Below, piece by piece: positions 1 through 12,852 of a stretch of 64,000 nucleotides of DNA; within the stretch, counting starts at the first letter, position 1; every line of letters starts with the position of its first letter. The stretch is from the NCBI RefSeq assembly GCF_001194135.2, contig NC_068989.1, positions 64,054,998 to 64,118,997 on the forward strand. The letters run 5' to 3'. This DNA comes from Octopus bimaculoides (lineage: Eukaryota). A program made the position numbers and the translations under genes. The notes below the pieces were generated by a model. The model was not told where the DNA came from. It did not search any database and saw only the letters and a list, made by a program, of their open reading frames with translations.

Positions 1-139
1 CATGTTTATGAATGTAATTAAAAATCCTTAAACAAACATATGGATAGATAGAGAGAGACACACACAGATACATATACTTACATATAAATATATAAATAAA
101 TAAATAGATATGTTTATACATCATACACTTGTATATACA

Positions 140-180
<41 letters not shown>

Positions 181-763
181 NNNNNNNNNNNNNNNNNNNN
201 NNNNNNNNNNNNNNNNNNNNNNNNNNNNNNNNNNNNNNNNNNNNNNNNNNNNNNNNNNNNNNNNNNNNNNNNNNNNNNNNNNNNNNNNNNNNNNNNNNNN
301 NNNNNNNNNNNNNNNNNNNNNNNNNNNNNNNNNNNNNNNNNNNNNNNNNNNNNNNNNNNNNNNNNNNNNNNNNNNNNNNNNNNNNNNNNNNNNNNNNNNN
401 NNNNNNNNNNNNNNNNNNNNNNNNNNNNNNNNNNNNNNNNNNNNNNNNNNNNNNNNNNNNNNNNNNNNNNNNNNNNNNNNNNNNNNNNNNNNNNNNNNNN
501 NNNNNNNNNNNNNNNNNNNNNNNNNNNNNNNNNNNNNNNNNNNNNNNNNNNNNNNNNNNNNNNNNNNNNNNNNNNNNNNNNNNNNNNNNNNNNNNNNNNN
601 NNNNNNNNNNNNNNNNNNNNNNNNNNNNNNNNNNNNNNNNNNNNNNNNNNNNNNNNNNNNNNNNNNNNNNNNNNNNNNNNNNNNNNNNNNNNNNNNNNNN
701 NNNNNNNNNNNNNNNNNNNNNNNNNNNNNNNNNNNNNNNNNNNNNNNNNNNNNNNNNNNNNNN

Positions 764-821
<58 letters not shown>

Positions 822-1513
822 TAACCTAATAACCCAATACGTAAGAAGTTCACTTCATGACCACAAGACCCCGGTCTTAATCCCGCTGGAAGGCATCTCG
901 TGGAAGGATAACTTCCTATAAAATCGGGGCAACTCCTCCCTTTTTGGAGTGAATTTCAGTCGGGAGAAACTACATTCAATTTCGTTGAAAAGATTTTATC
1001 TGGAATTCCAAGACCGAGTTTTGTCACACGCTGTGCCGCGCTGATTCCCATCAGAATTGTGTTAAGGATAAACGTGTCGGTGGAATACTCAGCCAATTAC
1101 TAATTTAATGAACCTGACTGTTTACTTAATTACACATCAGAAATCCTATGGTCGGAAACGCTAACCAAACTGCTTTTATTTATTCTATGACATAGATTGT
1201 TTCTGATTTGCTACTTGAAATAGTCATGTAACATCCTGAGGATATTTGCTAATGGGAATGCCATAGCATTTCAAATATTAGCACAACTAGTGTTTGCCGT
1301 AACATGATGAATAACTTTGCAAGTATAGTTTTACCAATAGTTTTGGAATAAAGTTTTTGGTAACATCACGGACCATTGAATACATACAATAATCATAATT
1401 TAAATTATATTAAATTTCTGGGTGCTTGAGAAAAAGTGACGAAATATATACCAATTTTGGAAAGTAAAATATGTAATACCTGAAAATAAGATTAAATATA
1501 TCATTTGTATAAT

Positions 1514-1651
1514 TACCCAACCACATGGTTCCGAGTTCAGTTCCACTGCATGATTCCTTGGGCTATAGGCTTCTACTATAGCTTCGGGCCGACCAATGAA
1601 TTGTGAGTGAATTCTGTAGACGGAAACTAAAAGAAGCCCGTCGTATGTGCA

Positions 1652-1700
<49 letters not shown>

Positions 1701-1962
1701 ACATATGTGTGTGTGTGTGCACATATGTGTGTGTGTGTGCACATATGTGTGTGTGCCTTTGTGTCTATGTCTGTCAACCACCACCACGTGACAACCGTTG
1801 TTCGTCTGTTTACGTCCCTGTAAATTAGCGGTTCGGTCATAAGAGACTGATAGAATAAGTACCATGCTTAGCAAATAATATGTACTGGGGTCGATTCATT
1901 CGGCTAAAAATTCTTCAAGGCGGTGTCCCAACATCGCCGCAGTCTAATGACTGAAAAAAAGA
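1514..1962 (+). mobile_element. SINE-B copy with expanded internal (TG)n
   Basis: Aligns with 43324-43731 on both sides of the (tg)n tract at about 1655-1755. Confidence 0.85.
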
Positions 1963-2860
1963 CACGATGATTTTATTCCTCTCATTGAGCGTGTGTCTAC
2001 GTAGCGTTCTTTTGCTCTTTACCCGTCACTAAGCCTAGCATGTGCACTCATCCTGAACCTCTGATGTTAAGTCTTTCTGCTTCTCTCTTTTTACTCTTTC
2101 TCCCCCTTACCTCTATATGATGTAAAGCCTCACTGGAGAATTTAACCAACCAACATTTACAGCGGCTATTATTAAATAGAGATTATTGGTCTAAAACAGG
2201 AAAACTGCCTGTGATATAAATGTCAGCTAGAAGTTGAAACATTCTTAATTCCGATTCTGCTCTGTAACTAGACGAAAGTTCTGGACGCTTTTGTTTGAGC
2301 CGTAGTGTACCCGGGACCAGATTCTCTATTGTGGCATTGCTTTTCTTCTACTTTATTAACAGGCGTGTGATTTGAGAAAGATATTCTTGGCAGAAGACCA
2401 AGCAGCAATGTTACGTAACCAATGCTTTGATGGCTTCTAAAGTTGGAATTATTTCGTCTGAAGCCGAATGTATTACTGAGAAATTACTTCTCTGTTTTGT
2501 TAAACATAAGACGATATAAAATATATTTCTTGAAATATAAGAAAATATATTTTTATACAATACAGAAGGCATAGTAGCTTCGATAAGTTTATTGATGTTT
2601 TAACAATACTTTCCTCATTCATGTTCCAGGTGTATTGGGACAGCAATGTAACATTCCTTTGATTCTGTTATGGGAAAAGTAGATGTACTGTAACTATTTG
2701 CGTTGGGGTTGATCTTTCTTCGTTTTTGTATATTCTATGAAGATTGTTTTTCGTTTCGGCTCAGTCTTAGTGTCGTAGTGTACTAGATCGATAACGTAGT
2801 ACCTTTCATAAATTACATTAAGCATAACTATTAAAATCATTTTCTATTTGAGAAGTTCTT

Positions 2861-2931
<71 letters not shown>

Positions 2932-3676
2932 GATAATGATAATTTTTTATAACAGAAATTTGACGTTCTGAGTACTAAATTTTCTTTATTATCAACAAGA
3001 GAAACATAAACAGATGGACATTAACGCACAATGACATTGACGACAATTTGTCGTGTGTATATATGTGTGTGAGAGTGTATCAGTATATGTATATATCTGT
3101 GTGTGTGTGTGTATACATATATATTTGTATGAATGTATGTATGTATGTATGTATGTATGTATGTATGTATGTATACATATATTCATAAGTTTGCTTTGTT
3201 TACACGCAAAATTCCACTCTGCTTTTATAACCTTGTTCTTGTAATTATCTCATTTTTAGGCGCAACTTGGTGGTTAAAAAAATTAATTAATATTATCAAT
3301 CTTTGGCGAATGCAGCGGGTTAGCAGGCCAGGCAAAATACTCAGAAATATTTCGTCCATCTTTATGTTATGAGTTCTTGGCCTGCTCGCCTCGCCAGCGA
3401 GGTGGCGTCATTCAAAAGGTTAAAATAATTCAAAAGCGCATTGTGAACAGCATTGTATAACAACATCTGATAGCCTGGTCAGTCACGTGATCATGTGACG
3501 TGTATTAGTATTAAAGCAATGAGACGACACAACCGTTAGCGCGTTGAACAAAATGCTTAGTATCATTCCTTCTGGCCTTTTACGTTCTGAGTTCAAATGC
3601 TGTTGGGGTTGACTTTGCCTTTCATTCTTTCAGGGTCGGGAACTCTTTGGGGTTTGACTAGTTTACCCATATTAGT

Positions 3677-3932
3677 AGAGGTAAATTATTCAACACATGG
3701 CTATGATGTCCCCCCACCACTCCTACTCGTGATCAGAGATGCACGTATTGTCAGCCAGTAAAGGATATGTTCAAGTGGTTAAGGTCAAGCAACTGACAAG
3801 TAAATCTGTGGTATTAAGCAGAATATTTATCGTAACCCATCTTTTACACCAAAACAAAACATGTACATGATAACACTTCCAGTCAGTTAAGATCAGGAGC
3901 CGTGAGAGGCACTGTCTGATATTGCATCAAGA
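3677..3932 (-). mobile_element. Partial second copy of element D
   Basis: Aligns by eye with about 52738-53008. Confidence 0.7.
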
Positions 3933-3963
3933 CAGCAGCAGCAGCAGTAGCAGCAGCAGCAAC

Positions 3964-4006
<43 letters not shown>

Positions 4007-4022
4007 NNNNNNNNNNAGCAAC

Positions 4023-4069
<47 letters not shown>

Positions 4070-4103
4070 CAGAATCATCATCATCATCATCAGCAGCAGC
4101 AGC

Positions 4104-4147
<44 letters not shown>

Positions 4148-4694
4148 CAGCAGCAGCAGCAGCGTTAGCCGTAGTATTTTATCATCGTCATCAACATCAA
4201 TAATATGATAGTTTCAGTTGTAGCCAGAATTTGGTTATAGCACACACACGCACACACACACACACACTCAAACACACACACAATCAAACACACAGTCACA
4301 CATACACACACACACACACATCAACGTAATATTTTGGCATGAAATAAACATGGAATATTTAATCCGTTTCCTTTGGTGTGTGGCTCTTTAGAAAATTGTT
4401 TGCATAGATTAACCACTCCCATCTTCATCTCTATCTCATCACTGCTCATAAGCAGCCATATTTACTTTATTTACATCGAGAATTAATGCATGTATGCATA
4501 CATGCACGCAACTATGTATTTATCTATCAATTTACCTATATGTCTATTTACTTAATTATCTACCTATCAATATTTCAATCAATTTATCTGTTTATGCATC
4601 TATCTGTCTGTCTGTCCATCTGTCTGTCTGTCCATCTATCTATCTATCCTTTCGTTCTGTTATTTACATGTTTATCTGTCTGTCTATCTATTTC

Positions 4695-4746
<52 letters not shown>

Positions 4747-5599
4747 CGCGCTCGTATGAGTCTTTGCATGCGTAATGTATATATATATCTGCCTATCTAT
4801 TTCTATGTTTAATTCACTGTTTGTATGGGTGAGTATGCATGTATGCATGTGTGTGTATGAATGTATGCTTTCATTATGCTTTTATGTATGTTGATAAGTA
4901 TGTATATACTTATTACCACATCTTTCCATAATTAGAATTTGTCCTGGAAGGAGGGAACTGATTTTTAAGAAAGAAATATTAGCGCTATCACTAGAATTTT
5001 TATAAGAACATTAGTAACTGTTACATCAGAACGTTATATATATATTTATTATTAAAAATATAAATATATACACTATGTACAAGTCTAATACGGCCTTGTG
5101 GCATTTGGAGATCATTGGGAATTACAAGTTTATTATAATGCATCCTGGCCACATTTTGCCCCTTGTCAGCGGATTTAACCAAACACCAATCTCATGATAC
5201 AGAAGTGACGACTAGCAATGAATTTACGTAGTTTCCAATATTTCATTCACTCTTGTATCTTTTTACTCCAAGAATGGGACGCAAATGTGCAAGCGGAGGT
5301 TTAACAATTTTAACGCGTTTTGCGTGAGTCTTCGGTTTTAAAAGTGTAAAACACTGTTCTATCATTTACCTCCGTTTCATTTGAAAGAATTTATCCTGAA
5401 ATTGTTTGGTTCTGTTCTAATTTCTGCTTTGACGGTAGCCCAATTTCTCCACCATTCCTATAAAAGCATGATTGTATTATCTTTTGCTTTTTTTACTATT
5501 ACATCATGTGACAAAGAGACGCTGTCCAATTTTACAAAACCCTCCAAACGTATTTTGTTTTATGAAATGTATTCACTCTAAAACTGCTCTTTTTATTAC

Positions 5600-5940
5600 G
5601 AAGATATGAGATTATCTTCAACACAGCAGTTATGTGAATGAGTTACGATGTTCTTACCTGTACACGAATCGTCTTCAAAATTAATTCTTAGACTGCTGCA
5701 GATGTGTTTTTCTTCTAATAATTTTTATCAAAGTGTTCAGCTTTTTCTTCTCAACATCATGTCTCAGTCGAATGTAGTGCCTCGATGACATTTTTGGGCA
5801 GTTTCCAATTGCATGTGATATGTCCACCACAGAAGAGTGCCATAACCGATATTTGTTATTGCATCTTGAGAGAGTAAGTTCATTGGAGGCCCATTTGTTC
5901 ATTAGATATTTCATATCTTCCTCCTGCTCGGGATGCAACG
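5600..5940 (-). mobile_element. RLE-type (R4-like) LINE fragment, zinc-knuckle/RHD region
   Basis: EQEEDMKYLMNK..YRLWHSSVVDISHAIGNCPKMSSRHYIRLRHD: a degenerate C-x2-C-x7-H-x4-C followed by RHD. Confidence 0.55.
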
Positions 5941-7204
5941 TGATATAATGGTCACGAGTCCATATATATGCATGTAACTATGTATGTATGTATGTATGTA
6001 TGTATGTATGTATGTATGTATGTGTGTATGTATGTATGTATGTATGCACCTTTGTAAGTACATTTCTGTACTCGTGACCATTTATATAAGTACGGTCAAT
6101 TAATCACCCCCAGAATTGGTGGTTGAACAAGTATAACAAGTAATAACATAAGAACGAAACAGAAGTAACTGTCACGGGTGGATATGTTCGAGTAAACCCT
6201 TGGATGCCGTGCCCAAGCAAGGCTGCAGTCCAATGATTGTTAACAGTATAAAACTAGATGTATGTATTCAATCTCTTCTTCTTAATTGCATAATTTGAAT
6301 AATGGATACGCTGATAATGTTAATCTTCACTAATTGCTTGCGACCTACGTCGATTACGAGAAAAAAAATTGAAGTGTTGCATAGAATTACACATTAATTT
6401 GATTAGGAATAAACTATTCTAGCAACAATTGTTTTTATGATAAGTGAAAACCATTGTTTTTGTAATTAATGCTTATAGATGATGTAAAAGAGTCATTTGT
6501 ACTCAAATTTGCATTAATTAAAAACTATCAACGTTTAGATTTCTGTGTGTTTTTATCTTATTTTAATTATTTAATGAAATTATTCAATACATAAAATATT
6601 CATTGAAGATAAAATTTCTCTATAGACAGTTCTGAATGAAAGCAATGAACGAACGATATATTTTTGTTTTTGTTATCAAGTATGTTAGTCTATGATTGCA
6701 CCAAATAATGTTATCTTAATCTGCATAACGTCTAAGTTATCATTAGTTCTATAATACAAAAGTGTGTGGAAGTGATTATCGTACGTTACGTAACTGACTA
6801 AGCTTGATTAAAGAATATCAAACAAGATTAGAAAACTTCGCAAGGAATACATTAAAGTATTTTCATATCGATGTGTGTGTATGTAAGAATATGTGTGCGT
6901 GTGATTACTCGTGTGTTTGGAAAGAAAGGATGAACAGGCGAAACAAATGGTATCACATTAGAACATGGAATTTATAATACAAATATAATACTCACTATGC
7001 TAAATCGATATTGTCAGAAGACTTTCTCTACTTTGTTTGCAATCCTCAAGCACTACCTCATCCCCTTTGGCTACCTGATAATTCTGACCTACGCTGGACG
7101 TCTCTGTTATAACTGGGTTTTTAGCATTATACATATGGTCTTCCTCATACCTTACCACTGAACCTCCTCTTCTCTACTTATTTCAGTGTCCCATATTCCT
7201 TTAC

Positions 7205-7473
7205 TAGGATAAAATTCCCCCGAGGACAAAATCACCCCACTGGACAAAATCTCTCCACCCCCCACCCCGGAAAAAATCCCACCGGACAATGACCCCCGGC
7301 AATATCCCCCGGGATATTGTTCTTTCTTTGCAATAAACATTTTTAAGGAAATTTTATAAAGAAATTTAAAATATTTATTATTTGATATTTTTGCGTGAAA
7401 TTTGTCCGGGGAGGATTTTGTCTTCGGGAGATTTCGTGCTTGGGCGATTTTGTACTCGGGGGATTTTGTCCTC
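7205..7473. mobile_element. Foldback/MULE-like MITE with reiterated subterminal GGACAAAAT(C)n motifs
   Basis: Left arm repeats ggacaaaatc.ccc and right arm repeats ggg..attttgtc. No TSD found. Confidence 0.6.
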
Positions 7474-7622
7474 AGCCGAAATTGCGTAGATAATCTGGTA
7501 CTCGACTGAGGAAAGAAAACTTCGAATGACCCGTTTTCTTTATATCGTCTATCTGGATGTTTTGTTGTCCCATTTCTGTATCATCTAACTGTCTGGATGT
7601 TTTGCGTTCTTGTCCCATTTTG

Positions 7623-7667
<45 letters not shown>

Positions 7668-7880
7668 CGTGTGTGTTTGTGTGTATGTGTGTGTGTGTGT
7701 GTCTGCGCGCGCGCGTGTATGTCTGTGTATATGCGTATGTGTTTTTTTTGTATGTGTCTATTTACATTGTTAAGATTATTTCTACAGATATTCTATAGAA
7801 CTTATAGCCAGCACTAATTTTGCTACAACGTTTCGCATCGAGATGTCAACAGACAATTTGATCGAAGACAAAAGTGGGTA

Positions 7881-7932
7881 ATGAGTGTATATGCCATATT
7901 TTGGGAGTTGTTACCCCTTCGTCAGCATTCAT
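7881..7932 (-). ncRNA. Type I hammerhead motif, copy 1 (GAAA mutated to AAAA)
   Basis: Minus strand reads ATGAATG-CTGACGA-A-GGGG(TAACAAC)TCCC-AAAA-TATG(G)CATA-TA-CACTCAT. Confidence 0.7.
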
Positions 7933-7998
7933 ATTAGACGCATTCCGCTGTACGCAATGGCTCTATAAGCAATGTGTTCGGGAGCAATAGTGGGTTAT

Positions 7999-8050
7999 AT
8001 GAGTGCCGTAGAAGGGGCAACAACACCCGAAATATAGCAAATACACTCAT
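7999..8050 (+). ncRNA. Type I hammerhead motif, copy 2 (CUGANGA mutated to CCGTAGA)
   Basis: ATGAGTG-CCGTAGA-A-GGG(GCAACAACA)CCC-GAAA-TATAGCAAA-TA-CACTCAT, with a perfect 7-bp stem I. Confidence 0.65.
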
Positions 8051-8384
8051 TAGCTACTTTTGTCTATTTACATCTGACGTCTAGATACGAAACGTTGTAG
8101 CAAAAATCAGTGCCTTGCTCTAAGTTTTATACAATATCGGTAGAAATAACCTTAACAAAATAATGTAAAAACACTGCTGACGCAACATAACGTGGTACTG
8201 ACTTATAAAAACATTTAGTATACTTTATAGTATATTGTGTTTGCATAACGAAGTACAGCGTACCTACAAATCTTTAATGTTTACATACCGGCCCCAGGAA
8301 TGCATCTAATATGTAAATTGGTATATCCAATTTAGATATGCGGTGGCTATATATACAGTTTGTTCGGAGACAAGAATGGATTCG

Positions 8385-8416
8385 ATGAGTGCTGAAGAAG
8401 GGGACAATCCACTCAT
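8385..8416 (+). ncRNA. Type I hammerhead motif, copy 3 (intact CTGAAGA; 3' side of stem II, GAAA and stem III deleted)
   Basis: ATGAGTG-CTGAAGA-A-GGGGACAATC-CACTCAT, 386 nt downstream of copy 2. Confidence 0.6.
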
Positions 8417-8660
8417 TACCCACTTTTGTCTTCGATCACATTGTTTACATCTGACGTCGCGATATGAAACGTTGTAGCAAAAATCCGAGCTAGTTTTATA
8501 GGATATCTATAGAAATATCCTTATCAAAATAATGTGAGCACTACTAACGGAATAGAACGTGGTACTGACATTTAGTATACCTTATAGTATATTGTGTTTG
8601 CATAACGAAGTACCACGTATCTACCAATCTTTAATAGTATCCATTTACATACATATATAT

Positions 8661-8981
8661 TCTTTTACTTGTTTTAGTCATTTGACTGCGGCCATGCTGG
8701 AGCATCGCTTGGAGGGTTTTAGTCGAATAAGTCAACCCAGGACTTATTTTTATTTTTTAAGCTTAGTACATATTCTATCCGTCTCTTTGTCGAACCACTA
8801 AGTTACGGGGCCGTAAACACATCAACACTGGTTGTCAAGCGGTGATGCCGGTGATATATATATATATATATATATATATACGATGGACTTTTTTCACTTT
8901 CCGTCTACCAAATCCACTCACAAGGCTTTGGTCGGCTCGTGACTATAGTAGAAGACACTTGCCCAAGTTGCCACGCTGTGG
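8661..8981 (-). mobile_element. SINE-B copy, antisense, head lost in gap
   Basis: Reverse complement of the SINE-B body and tail, with internal (ta)n. A very diverged 3' part also occurs at about 6060-6255 (+). Confidence 0.85.
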
Positions 8982-9184
8982 NNNNNNNNNNNNNNNNNNN
9001 NNNNNNNNNNNNNNNNNNNNNNNNNNNNNNNNNNNNNNNNNNNNNNNNNNNNNNNNNNNNNNNNNNNNNNNNNNNNNNNNNNNNNNNNNNNNNNNNNNNN
9101 NNNNNNNNNNNNNNNNNNNNNNNNNNNNNNNNNNNNNNNNNNNNNNNNNNNNNNNNNNNNNNNNNNNNNNNNNNNNNNNNNNNN

Positions 9185-9264
<80 letters not shown>

Positions 9265-10526
9265 TTCGAGGGGGAGGACGTGTATGCAAGGTAGAATACT
9301 ATCGTATGATGATAAGTCTGGAAGTAATCTAACACTTTTACCATCATGGCTAAAATCAGGAAAATATTGACAGACAGACCGTAATTATTGTTCAGCTTTT
9401 ATTACATTTCTTGCTCATATTGATGAAATTAATACTAATTTACAGAAGAAAAACGCTTATAACCTTTAAATAAAATTACATTTTTCATTTCTATAGTTTC
9501 TGCCAGATCTACTCCTACTACTCTTTCTTTTCTTCCTCCCCTTCCTCCTCTCCCGCGTCCTTTTCTTACTTCTCTTCTACTGCTAACTCTTTGTCTCTTA
9601 GTGTGTGTGTTTATAGCGCTTCCTTACTCATTATCTGCCACCAATCTTAGCATGCGAACTCCTCAAGCAACTCTTATGTTAACTCTTTCTTTCTCTGTAT
9701 CCCAGTTCTACTCACTTCACCCAATCCCTATACGATATAAAGGTTTACTAGAGTAATCCACCGACAAACTTTTATACCGGATATTATTATATATACATAT
9801 ATACATATGTATATATATGTATGCATGTATGTACGTATATATATATATATATATATATNNNNNNNNNNNNNNNNNNNNNNNNNNNNNNNNNNNNNNNNNN
9901 NNNNNNNNNNNNNNNNNNNNNNNNNNNNNNNNNNNNNNNNNNNNNNNNNNNNNNNNNNNNNNNNNNNNNNNNNNNNNNNNNNNNNNNNNNNNNNNNNNNN
10001 NNNNNNNNNNNNNNNNNNNNNNNNNNNNNNNNNNNNNNNNNNNNNNNNNNNNNNNNNNNNNNNNNNNNNNNNNNNNNNNNNNNNNNNNNNNNNNNNNNNN
10101 NNNNNNNNNNNNNNNNNNNNNNNNNNNNNNNNNNNNNNNNNNNNNNNNNNNNNNNNNNNNNNNNNNNNNNNNNNNNNNNNNNNNNNNNNNNNNNNNNNNN
10201 NNNNNNNNNNNNNNNNNNNNNNNNNNNNNNNNNNNNNNNNNNNNNNNNNNNNNNNNNNNNNNNNNNNNNNNNNNNNNNNNNNNNNNNNNNNNNNNNNNNN
10301 NNNNNNNNNNNNNNNNNNNNNNNNNNNNNNNNNNNNNNNNNNNNNNNNNNNNNNNNNNNNNNNNNNNNNNNNNNNNNNNNNNNNNNNNNNNNNNNNNNNN
10401 NNNNNNNNNNNNNNNNNNNNNNNNNNNNNNNNNNNNNNNNNNNNNNNNNNNNNNNNNNNNNNNNNNNNNNNNNNNNNNNNNNNNNNNNNNNNTGTGTGTG
10501 TGTGTGTGTGTGTATACGTATGTAGA

Positions 10527-10730
10527 TACAGAAAAATAGCATTCAGCGAACACATCAACATTTGCGCCAATAACAAACAACCCAGCTTCAGGATTTTTCC
10601 CCTCTATCAATTCAGGGACGATCCAACCTGTCGTCAACGCATTAGTAATGAGTCATTCTTTATCACAAAATATAAACCCCTTTTGAATTCGTCCACCACA
10701 AATGACACTATTACAAGGGCCTTAGAATAA
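10527..10730 (+). mobile_element. Penelope-like element, C-terminal GIY-YIG endonuclease fragment
   Basis: SEHINICANNKQPSFRIFPLYQFRDDPTCRQRISNESFFITKYKPLLN. The H..C, E..FI.KYKP.LN ending is typical of PLE endonuclease C-termini. The 5' side runs into microsatellite and a gap. Confidence 0.6.
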
Positions 10731-12643
10731 TAGCCACGCAAATATTAAAAGCGATAAATTCAGAACAGTCACTACTCATGAATTTATTCAGAACAATTCC
10801 AATCACTACTATAACAAACACACTTGACCATTTAAGAGGATTCCACCAACAACCTGCTACTGTCATACCACTCCCGCATTTTTATCATTCTTTCTCTTCT
10901 TTTTCTTCTTCGTCGCCTCCTTTCTCAATTACTACTGTTGCTTAAACAATCAAAAACAAGAATTCATATCAAACAACTACTACCACCTGCTGCCTATTAC
11001 CTAGAACACACATGAGAGACAGAGACAGACAGAAAAAAAAGAAAATGTCCATTGCCTTTGAAAACTATGGAAATACTTTGTTAAAAACATTTCATTTAAT
11101 TTTTCCACAATTTGATTGCTTTTCATGCTTTACTCTAGGTTGAAAAAGTCGCAAAGACTGAAACTGGTACTAAAATGTTCTTCATGATAAAATCATTTTA
11201 GCATTTTCTACCTTGTCTTAATTACCTTATATATGTGTGTGTGTGTGTATCTATATATGTATGTATGTCTATCTATCTATCTTTCTATATATNNNNNNNN
11301 NNNNNNNNNNNNNNNNNNNNNNNNNNNNNNNNNNNNNNNNNNNNNNNNNNNNNNNNNNNNNNNNNNNNNNNNNNNNNNNNNNNNNNNNNNNNNNNNNNNN
11401 NNNNNNNNNNNNNNNNNNNNNNNNNNNNNNNNNNNNNNNNNNNNNNNNNNNNNNNNNNNNNNNNNNNNNNNNNNNNNNNNNNNNNNNNNNNNNNNNNNNN
11501 NNNNNNNNNNNNNNNNNNNNNNNNNNNNNNNNNNNNNNNNNNNNNNNNNNNNNNNNNNNNNNNNNNNNNNNNNNNNNNNNNNNNNNNNNNNNNNNNNNNN
11601 NNNNNNNNNNNNNNNNNNNNNNNNNNNNNNNNNNNNNNNNNNNNNNNNNNNNNNNNNNNNNNNNNNNNNNNNNNNNNNNNNNNNNNNNNNNNNNNNNNNN
11701 NNNNNNNNNNNNNNNNNNNNNNNNNNNNNNNNNNNNNNNNNNNNNNNNNNNNNNNNNNNNNNNNNNNNNNNNNNNNNNNNNNNNNNNNNNNNNNNNNNNN
11801 NNNNNNNNNNNNNNNNNNNNNNNNNNNNNNNNNNNNNNNNNNNNNNNNNNNNNNNNNNNNNNNNNNNNNNNNNNNNNNNNNNNNNNNNNNNNNNNACATA
11901 CATGGAGAGACAGACAGAAGACAGAGATCAGTATTATTATACTAAATATATTATATATAAAGATATGAAAGGGATTCTTTACAAGACATTTACCTGTACA
12001 AATGTTAATTTTATTACGTGTTATACATGAATGATTAAATATTACTTCATGAAATAGTATTTCATAATTTCGCCTTCTATTTAGCATTTAAGAGTAAATT
12101 TTTATTTCTAATTAATTTATGGTTATCATTTTCAGAAAAAAAATGGCCATCAGATTGTTTGTTTTTTTGTTTTGTTTTTTTGTTTTTGTTTTTTGTTTTT
12201 TTGCAAGAGAGTGATTGTTTAGGAAAACTTCACCTAAAATTAATCTGTTGATTCTACCCAAATACAAGTGGTTTGGTTAATCAGACAGACTTCGTGTCAC
12301 AACTCTTCAAACTAATCTTATTTCTTATCCTCTTTGTGCTCTAAACCTATTTACTCGTATCAGTATCATACAAATACAGTTGCCAGCAACTTTAAAGTGC
12401 AGAATCAGAACTCTGAGACGTCTGTTGCAGAAAGGTTTCGATCGCGCCAAACGAAAACCATAACGTTATCATTGTAAAACCCTCAAAATCATGTTGAAAT
12501 ATTCAAGGAGCAAATAGGATGCCCTAAGGAATACTGACTTAGAACGATCGTTATGGACGAGACATAAATTAAGCAATTTGCACTTATTGCTCCTTTTGAC
12601 TGTCAGCCAAATTACATAGGGTAAAATTCTAGATTAATATTGT

Positions 12644-12852
12644 TTTCAAATTTTAGCACAAGGCGAGCAATTTATTGGGAGTGGGTAAGTTGATTATATC
12701 GACCCCTGTGTTCGGCTGGTACTTATTTTATCGACCCTAAAATGATGAAAGGTAAAGTCGACTTCACCGGAATTTGAAATCAGGACGCACTGACGGACGA
12801 AATGCCGATTAGCATTTTGCTCGACGTGCCAACAGATCTGCCAGCTCGCTAC
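12644..12852 (-). mobile_element. SINE-A copy, antisense
   Basis: Reverse complement of the SINE-A head, body and tail 3. Confidence 0.85.

Larger units (their letters stand above)
7760..8650. repeat. Hammerhead-bearing ~386-nt repeat: one partial inverted copy plus two tandem copies (retrozyme/Penelope pLTR-like)
   Basis: 7760-7932 is the reverse complement of about 7999-8170. About 7955-8295 and 8340-8650 are direct repeats sharing gaaacgttgtagcaaaa, aacgtggtactgac and tatagtatattgtgtttgcataacgaagtac. Confidence 0.85.

Noticed and set aside
2630-2695. Candidate upstream exon (ttccag| ... SFDSVM)
   Set aside because: In-frame stop just before SFD, no EVxM|GT ending.
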